Below, piece after piece: positions 53,218 to 58,776 of a DNA stretch of 58,776 bases; the first letter of the stretch is position 1, and each line of letters starts with the position of its first letter. Both the position numbers and the translations under genes were made by a program. The stretch is from Desulfobacteraceae bacterium. Lineage in GTDB: Bacteria > Desulfobacterota > Desulfobacteria > Desulfobacterales > UBA2174. The stretch lies in NCBI GenBank assembly GCA_028700185.1, contig JAQVTF010000002.1, forward strand, positions 1 to 58,776, given 5' to 3'. The notes beneath the pieces are model-generated. The model had not been told where the DNA came from, searched no databases, and saw only the letters and a program-made list of their open reading frames with translations.

Positions 53218-54786
53218 ATGGGCAAAGACAGTCTGACAAAGTCTACCACCAAGAAGAAGACTTCCTCCAAGAAAAAGAAAACAGCCGCCGCCAAAAAGGC
53301 CGCCGCACCGTCCCTGCGCGACCTGCTGCACAAGAAATTCGATTGGCGCGGGCCTGAATCACTTTACCAGCCGCCGGCACCGGCAACCCGCGGAGATTTT
53401 ACCGCACCGCCGTTTATCGAAACCGACGATCCTGAAGAAGCGAAACGGATCCGTGCGCTGTTGTTCAAAAAATTCAGTCTCGCCGACTTGGCTGCCGCTG
53501 CAAAGGCTGAAGCGGAGGCTCGATTAAAGGCCGAAGAGGAGGCCCGGAAGAAAGCCGAAGCCAAGGCCAAGGCCGAAGCGGAAGCCCAGAAGAAAGCCGA
53601 GGCGAAAGCCAAGGCCAAAGCCGAGGAGGAAGCCCGGAAAAAGGCCGAGGCGGAAGCCAAGGCCAAGGCCGAAGAGGAAGCCCGGAAGAAAGCCGAGGCG
53701 GAAGCCAAGGCCAAGGCCGAAGAGGAAGCCCGGAAAAAGGCCGAGGCGGAAGCCAAGGCCAAGGCCGAGGAGGAAGCCCGGAAAAAGGCCGAGGCGGAAG
53801 CCAAGGCCAAGGCCGAGGAGGAAGCGCGAAAGAAAGCCGAGGCGGAAGCCAAGGCCAAGGCCGAAGAGGAAGCCCGGAAAAAGGCCGAGGCGGAAGCCAA
53901 GGCCAAAGCCGAAGAAGAAGCGCGAAAGAAAGCCGAGGCGGAAGCCAAGGCCAAAGCTGAGGAGGAAGCGCGATTGAAAGCAAAAGAGGAAGCGCGAATC
54001 AAGGCGGAAGCCGAAAAGCTGGTCGCTGAACGCGCTGCGGCACGAAAGGCAGCGGCGGCCAGTGAACCGCAGGTTTCGGTCACTTACGGAGATGCCCAGG
54101 GCACTCCGCCCTCAGCCCCATCGGCCCCCGTGGACAACACCGGCCGCTGGGCCATGATGGGCTTGGCCGGGGGCATCGCGTTGCTTTTTGTCCTGATCGT
54201 CGGCGCCAGCTTGGCCAATTCGAGCAAGTACTATCTCGAGTCGACTTCACAGGGTCTGGAGATTTACCAGGGCAAATTTGCTCCCCTGGGCACCCGCCAG
54301 GTCCTCTTTCTGCCTGGGGTGACCGGACCGGAAGCACCGGCGCCGGTGTATCGTCGGTCGGAGGTGATGCCCTTCGCGGTCCAGTATTTCCTCGCCCAGG
54401 CCGACGCTCGCCTGGCCGAGGCGTCCGTGGCGGATTACGCGCAGGTCAAGGAGCCGCTGGAAAAGGCCCTGGAATACGCCACCAGCCGCGATGAAAAACT
54501 GTTGATCCAGGATCGCCTGGATGCCATCGATCGGGCCATGTTGATCTACAAAGCACAGATCAGCGCCGCCCGCCAATCCCTCGATGGGTATGACGAGGCC
54601 ATCAACGCTTATCGTGAAGCCCTGCGCCTCGCGGAAGCGGACATCGACATTCAGGCCATCGGAACGCGCATTGCCGCCGTGGAAACAGCCCGGGCCGACC
54701 TGAAGGCGCGGATAGCTGAGGCGACCGCCGCCGAAACGGCAGTTGCTGAAGAACCGGCCACCGAAGAAACCAACCCCGCCGAGTAG
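53218..54786 (+). CDS. membrane-anchored protein with a Lys-rich N-terminus, a TolA-like Ala/Glu/Lys repeat region, one TM segment and a C-terminal domain of unknown function
   Basis: [30 protein letters not shown]..., 7x [16 protein letters not shown], and the TM segment [23 protein letters not shown]. Confidence 0.8.
   Translation: MGKDSLTKSTTKKKTSSKKKKTAAAKKAAAPSLRDLLHKKFDWRGPESLYQPPAPATRGDFTAPPFIETDDPEEAKRIRALLFKKFSLADLAAAAKAEAEARLKAEEEARKKAEAKAKAEAEAQKKAEAKAKAKAEEEARKKAEAEAKAKAEEEARKKAEAEAKAKAEEEARKKAEAEAKAKAEEEARKKAEAEAKAKAEEEARKKAEAEAKAKAEEEARKKAEAEAKAKAEEEARKKAEAEAKAKAEEEARLKAKEEARIKAEAEKLVAERAAARKAAAASEPQVSVTYGDAQGTPPSAPSAPVDNTGRWAMMGLAGGIALLFVLIVGASLANSSKYYLESTSQGLEIYQGKFAPLGTRQVLFLPGVTGPEAPAPVYRRSEVMPFAVQYFLAQADARLAEASVADYAQVKEPLEKALEYATSRDEKLLIQDRLDAIDRAMLIYKAQISAARQSLDGYDEAINAYREALRLAEADIDIQAIGTRIAAVETARADLKARIAEATAAETAVAEEPATEETNPAE
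53623..53958 (+). repeat. seven tandem 48-nt coding repeats, identical at the protein level (16 aa each), inside the 53218-54786 CDS
   Basis: The protein unit [16 protein letters not shown] occurs seven times consecutively. The DNA copies differ only at a few synonymous positions. Degenerate copies extend to roughly 53494-54010. Confidence 0.9.
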
Positions 54787-54887
54787 ATGCTTTTCGCTTG
54801 AATCCGAGACCCTGATCGACAACGCCGCCCTCCGGGGCGGCGTTTCTTATGCCGTTTAGCGATCAATTGCCTCAAGGTGGGGCACCG

Positions 54888-56261
54888 TCATTGTCCATCG
54901 TCTTTCCTGCCTTTTTCACCGGCCCGGGCCTTGATTTCCCGCCAGCGCGCCAGGCGCTGACCCACCGTCTTCTCATATCCCCGCTCCGTAGGCCGGTAGA
55001 ACGTCTTCCCTTCGAGCCCTTCCGGCAGGTACGCCTGGGGGGTGTAAGCGTCCTCGAAATCGTGAGCGTAACGGTAGTTACGGCCGTAACCCAGTTTTTT
55101 CATCAGGCCGGTGGGCGCGTTGCGGATATGCAGGGGCACGGGCAGGCTGCCGGTTTGCCGGATCGTTTCCATCACTTGGCCGTAGGCGGTGTAAAGCCGG
55201 TTGCTCTTGGGTGCGGTGGCCAGGTAGACCGCCGCCTCCACCAAGGCCAGTTCGCCTTCGGGACTGCCGAGCATCCGATAAGCATCCACCGCGGCCATGG
55301 CCAGGGTCAAGGCGAAGGGATCCGCCAGCCCCACGTCTTCGGCGGCGAACCGCACCATGCGCCGGGCAATGTAGAGGGGATCTTCTCCTCCGGCAAGCAT
55401 CCGTGCCAGCCAGTAAACCGCTGCATCCGGATCGCTTCCCCGCAGGCTCTTGTGCAAGGCCGAAATCAGATTGAAGTGCGCCTCGCCCGCCTTGTCGTAG
55501 GCCAGCATCTTTTGCTGCAACGCCTGCTCGACCTGGGCCGTGGTGATGGAAACCGGCCCCTGCTGACCCTTTCTCTCCCCCTCGCCGACGGCCATGGCCG
55601 CGGCGATCTCCAGGCTGTTGAGCGCCCGACGGACATCACCCTCTGCCGCCGCCACCAGATGGGCCCGGGCTTCGGGTTCAAGGACGAGCCCCTGGCCGCC
55701 GAGTCCCCGTTCGGAATCCTCCAGGGCCCGGTCCACGATCCGGTTCACCGCCGCATCGTCCAAGGCGTCCAGAACGATGACCCGGCAACGGGACATCAAG
55801 GCGGGAATCACTTCAAAGGATGGATTTTCGGTGGTGGCCCCGATGAGGGTGATGAGACCGCTTTCCACGTGGTGGAGAAAGGCATCCTGCTGGGCCTTGT
55901 TGAAGCGGTGGATCTCGTCCACGAAGAGCACGGTGCGGCGGCGGTGAAACTCCCGTTGTCGCCGGGCCTCCTCGATGACGTCTCGAATCTGGCGCACCCC
56001 GGCCAACACGGCGGAAAACTGAACGAAATGGGCCGCGGTGGCGTTGGCCATGAGACGGGCCAGGGTCGTCTTGCCGCATCCCGGCGGCCCCCAGAGGATC
56101 ATGGAGAAAACCTGATCGCGGGATACGGCGCTACCGATGAGGGTCCCGGGGCCGACGATGGACTCGTGCCCCTCGAACTCCGTCAGGCTTCGGGGGCGCA
56201 TCCGTTCGGCCAAGGGGATGCCGCCGGCCGCGTGACGGCCGGCCTGATCGAACAAGTCCAC
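54888..56261 (-). CDS. rarA: replication-associated recombination protein A (AAA+ ATPase RarA/MgsA)
   Basis: (M)DLFDQ...[18 protein letters not shown]...[15 protein letters not shown]...[15 protein letters not shown]. The GTG start at 56261 is inferred; the longer ORF-track N-terminus overlaps der. Confidence 0.85.
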   Translation of the reverse strand: MDLFDQAGRHAAGGIPLAERMRPRSLTEFEGHESIVGPGTLIGSAVSRDQVFSMILWGPPGCGKTTLARLMANATAAHFVQFSAVLAGVRQIRDVIEEARRQREFHRRRTVLFVDEIHRFNKAQQDAFLHHVESGLITLIGATTENPSFEVIPALMSRCRVIVLDALDDAAVNRIVDRALEDSERGLGGQGLVLEPEARAHLVAAAEGDVRRALNSLEIAAAMAVGEGERKGQQGPVSITTAQVEQALQQKMLAYDKAGEAHFNLISALHKSLRGSDPDAAVYWLARMLAGGEDPLYIARRMVRFAAEDVGLADPFALTLAMAAVDAYRMLGSPEGELALVEAAVYLATAPKSNRLYTAYGQVMETIRQTGSLPVPLHIRNAPTGLMKKLGYGRNYRYAHDFEDAYTPQAYLPEGLEGKTFYRPTERGYEKTVGQRLARWREIKARAGEKGRKDDGQ

Positions 56262-56284
56262 GGTGGATCGATCTCCGTGAAAAA

Positions 56285-57667
56285 TCAGCTCTTGCCGCCA
56301 CGGCGGGGTTTTCGGGCCGGCTTTTTGCCGTCGCCGAAATCGATTCGCCCGCTGCGTTCCCGAAAGATGAGGCGCAGCGGGGTCCGGGTGAGCCCCGTCC
56401 CTTGGCGGATCTGGTTGACCAGGTAGCGCTGGTAGGAAAGATGGACCCCTTCCGGGGCGTTGACAAAGGCGACGAAGGTCGGCGGTCGGACAGACACCTG
56501 GGTGGCATAGTAGAACTTGAGGCGCCGGCCCTTGTAAAGGGGTGGCACGGTGCGGGTCACCGCCTCCTCGAGGATGCGGTTGACCCGCCCGGTGCCCAGA
56601 CGGGTCATGTACTGGTCGTAAACCGTGTTGACAAGAGGAAAAATCCGGCCTACACGCTGGCCGGTATGCGCCGATACCGTCACCACCGGAGCGTGGGCCA
56701 TGAACTTGGCCGCATCCCGCAGGGCCAGCTCCACGCGTCGCGCCGCCCCGGCCCGGGCATCCACCAGGTCCCACTTGTTGACCACGAAAATGCAGCCCCG
56801 GCCGCGATCCTCGACGTGCCCGGCGATGCTCACGTCCTGTTCCGTGATCCCCTGGGCCGCATCCACCACCACCAGGGCCACGTCGCAACGCTCCAGGCTG
56901 CGCAACGCCTTGATCACCGAGAACTTCTCGATGCGCGCCGACACCTTGGCTTTGCGCCGGATTCCGGCCGTGTCCACCAACCGGTAGTCACGACCGCTCA
57001 CTGTCCAGCGGGTGTCCACCGCATCCCGGGTCGTGCCTGGCTGATCACTGACCAAAAGGCGCTCTTGGCCCAGGATCCGGTTGATGAGAGAGGACTTGCC
57101 CACGTTGGGCCGACCGACCACGGCGATACGGATCTGGCCCGCCTCCGTTTCATCTTTGCCGCCACGCGTCGCCCGCGGTAACCGCGCCACCAGGGCGTCG
57201 AGAAAATCATCCATGCCATAGCGGTGCTCGGCCGATATGGGATAGAGCTGTTTCATCCCCAGGGCGAAAAATTCATACAAGGCCTGTTCCTGTTCCTCCC
57301 CGTCGATCTTGTTGACGGCGTAAAGAACCGGCCCTTGATGGTCGTGAAGCCGATCCACCATCTCCCGGTCGAAAGGGGTCACCCCGCTGCGCCCGTCGAA
57401 GACCACCACCACCAGGTCTGCCTCGGCCACGGCGAGATCCACCTGTTCACGCACTTGGGGGGCGAAGGGATCATCTTGGGGGCCGGCGAACCCACCGGTG
57501 TCCACAACGGTGAAGGCCACATCGTTCCAGACGGCGTTGCCGCTGAGTCGATCCCGGGTCACGCCGGGAAAATCGTCCACCAGGGCCGCGCGGCTTTGGG
57601 TGATCCGATTGAACAGGGTCGATTTGCCCACGTTGGGCCGACCGATAATGACGACAATGGGTTTCAT
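56285..57667 (-). CDS. der: ribosome biogenesis GTPase Der (EngA)
   Basis: Two GTPase domains (GRPNVGKSTLFNRI, GRPNVGKSSLINRI) and a KH-like C-terminus. Confidence 0.95.
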   Translation of the reverse strand: MKPIVVIIGRPNVGKSTLFNRITQSRAALVDDFPGVTRDRLSGNAVWNDVAFTVVDTGGFAGPQDDPFAPQVREQVDLAVAEADLVVVVFDGRSGVTPFDREMVDRLHDHQGPVLYAVNKIDGEEQEQALYEFFALGMKQLYPISAEHRYGMDDFLDALVARLPRATRGGKDETEAGQIRIAVVGRPNVGKSSLINRILGQERLLVSDQPGTTRDAVDTRWTVSGRDYRLVDTAGIRRKAKVSARIEKFSVIKALRSLERCDVALVVVDAAQGITEQDVSIAGHVEDRGRGCIFVVNKWDLVDARAGAARRVELALRDAAKFMAHAPVVTVSAHTGQRVGRIFPLVNTVYDQYMTRLGTGRVNRILEEAVTRTVPPLYKGRRLKFYYATQVSVRPPTFVAFVNAPEGVHLSYQRYLVNQIRQGTGLTRTPLRLIFRERSGRIDFGDGKKPARKPRRGGKS

Positions 57668-57889
57668 GGCGGCCAGCTATACTCTGCCCGCGGCGGAACT
57701 GTCAAACGAATGTCGGCACTTGCCCGGAGCCCCGTCAAAGCGCCGAGCCGGCAACGAAGAATATCTTCCGATGTTGCCCCCTGGCCTCCCCTATTGACCG
57801 CATTCCCTGGAGCGGTTAGAATTTCTAATAATTTCCATTCCCGCGGCCATGGGCCGGGGTTTTGCCGTCAACCTCCCAAGGAGAATTCA

Positions 57890-58507
57890 ATGGGTCCTTC
57901 TCTTCGCCAGACCATCGCCGCCGTTCTGCTCCTCTCCGCGGCTTCGTCCCTCGGCGCCTGCGCCAGCACCGATTACCTGCCCGTACGCTACCAACTGCCC
58001 TCCTCCGCCCCCGACCTGGCCGCCAAACAGGTCATCCTGGAAGCGGTCGACCAACGGTCCCGAGCGGATATTTTCGGCCCGACGATGCGACAGACCTTTC
58101 GCCACTTCACCGGAAACTTCGCCCTGAGAGTGGCCCAGGACGACGAACGCGGCGTCCTGCTGGGGCCTGTGAATCTCACGGGACTTTTTCGGGAAGCCAT
58201 GACAAAGCGGCTCAACGCTTCGGGAGTGCAAGTGGTGGATTCGACGGCGATATCGGCGCCGCGGATGCGGGTGATCCTGACGCGCTTCGCACTGGACCAC
58301 AACAGCACGAAGTGGACCGCGGAAATCGACTATCGCGTCGAGCTGGCCGGCGCCGATAGCCGACAAGCCTCCCAGACCATCAGTGCCACCGAAGAGCGCC
58401 TGCGCCTACCCGGAAGCAGGGATGCCGAACGGGTGATCAGCGACGTTTTCACCGTAACAATCAATCGCCTTGATCTCGTCAAGCTCTTCGCCGACGCCGG
58501 CGTCTGA
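57890..58507 (+). CDS. lipoprotein of unknown function
   Basis: AAGGAG RBS. MGPSLRQTIAAVLLLSAASSLGAC carries a lipobox. The upstream part of the 57224-58507 ORF is antisense to der. Confidence 0.7.
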   Translation: MGPSLRQTIAAVLLLSAASSLGACASTDYLPVRYQLPSSAPDLAAKQVILEAVDQRSRADIFGPTMRQTFRHFTGNFALRVAQDDERGVLLGPVNLTGLFREAMTKRLNASGVQVVDSTAISAPRMRVILTRFALDHNSTKWTAEIDYRVELAGADSRQASQTISATEERLRLPGSRDAERVISDVFTVTINRLDLVKLFADAGV

Positions 58508-58566
58508 AGGTCCTGCCCACGGGGCTGCGACAGATTTCAGAGGAAAATACGGCGGCCAGCGGCCGA

Positions 58567-58640
58567 GCTGAAACCTGAAGCCCCAAACCCCGAATCTCGA
58601 ACCTTGAACTTTGAACCTTGAACCTGGGCTTTTGAACCCC
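58567..58640 (+). repeat. dispersed intergenic repeat of the GCTGAAACC.../TTGAACC 7-mer family
   Basis: GCTGAAACCTGAAGCCCCAAACCCCGAATCTCGAACCTTGAACTTTGAACCTTGAACCTGGGCTTTTGAACCCC. Confidence 0.75.
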
Positions 58641-58655
58641 GCCAAGCGGCAACCC

Positions 58656-58776
58656 TCACCCCTCGACCCAGTCGAAGGTACGCGCCACGGCCTTCTGCCA
58701 GCCGGCCAAGGCGGTGGTACGTCGCTCCACGGACATTTGGGGCGCCCAAGTCCGGTCCTCGGCCCAGTTGCGCCTC
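58656..58776 (-). CDS. glpK: 3' end of glycerol kinase (partial, runs off the window end)
   Basis: The minus frame ends ...WAPQMSVERRTTALAGWQKAVARTFDWVEG*. This matches the GlpK C-terminal pattern F.P.M....R...Y.GW.KAV.R...W. Confidence 0.6.
   Translation of the reverse strand, partial: RRNWAEDRTWAPQMSVERRTTALAGWQKAVARTFDWVEG

Noticed and set aside
56262-56888. The N-terminal roughly 209 codons of the 666-aa ORF containing rarA.
   Set aside because: This part is Arg/Gly/Pro-rich, has no RarA similarity and overlaps the der gene on the same strand in another frame. A GTG giving MDLFDQ... just downstream of the der stop fits RarA N-termini.
57224-57889. The upstream part of the 427-aa ORF containing the lipoprotein gene.
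   Set aside because: It is antisense to der. The AAGGAG-ATG at 57890 followed by a signal peptide and lipobox marks the real start.
1-58776. A by-eye search for tRNA, rRNA, tmRNA, transposase, integrase or phage genes and for toxin-antitoxin or known defence systems.
   Set aside because: I found no T-arm-like GGTTCGAATCC motifs and no cloverleaf candidates in intergenic regions. No ORF has recognisable transposase, integrase, Cas or restriction motifs. Absence by eye is not proof; tRNAscan-SE, Infernal and DefenseFinder would be decisive.

Overview
This is a visibly GC-rich bacterial chromosomal segment. Its gene content (a cytoplasmic Mvh-type hydrogenase with HdrA, sigma-54 regulation, BamD, an archaeal-type ProRS) looks like a strictly anaerobic Desulfobacterota-type genome, but I cannot confirm taxonomy without a database search. 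I call about 50 protein genes. By eye I found no rRNA, tRNA, CRISPR array, transposase or integrase. Bases 1-11.7 kb are housekeeping genes: ribD'-ribE-ribBA-ribH-nusB, an MBL hydrolase, ispG, proS, rel, rpmB, bamD, trxA and purN. The standout is the minus-strand cluster at 11.8-20.2 kb. It runs hydrogenase maturation protease fused to an HTH, tandem HdrA, a 0.5 kb AT-rich ORF-free palindromic repeat array, MvhD, an FrhB-like protein, MvhG and MvhA. The ORF track splits three of these genes (hdrA, mvhD, mvhA) at in-frame TGA codons. Each TGA sits exactly on a conserved Cys position, and reading through restores the canonical downstream motif, so I read them as selenocysteine codons. Two of them are followed at the same spacing by hairpins with an identical UGGAC loop (SECIS candidates). 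No hdrB or hdrC is present in the window. Directly upstream on the same strand lie a strongly histidine-rich small protein, an HU gene and two small proteins. A textbook sigma-54 promoter with two upstream enhancer-like half-palindromes drives the two small proteins. Next to it is a sigma-54 activator whose receiver domain looks degenerate. The rest of the window holds the following:
- a YbhGFSR-like TetR/HlyD/ABC-2 exporter operon with a palindromic operator
- mtgA and a GNAT-nitrilase fusion
- a DUF123 nuclease and a flavoprotein disulfide reductase
- two SLC13/ArsB-type permeases
- an ExeA-like ATPase fused to an OmpA domain
- a PhoR/PhoB-like pair
- a methyltransferase with an AmmeMemoRadiSam-type radical SAM enzyme
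- a GT2 glycosyltransferase and a CDF transporter
- an HATPase-GNAT fusion
- mmuM, a eukaryotic-type chorismate mutase and larE
- a TolA-like protein with seven perfect 48-nt repeats
- rarA, der, a lipoprotein and the 3' end of glpK
A dispersed intergenic repeat family built on the exact 17-mer GCTGAAACCTTGAACCT and on 7-nt periodic tracts recurs at several loci. All start codons are inferred by eye. No searches, folding programs or statistics were run.
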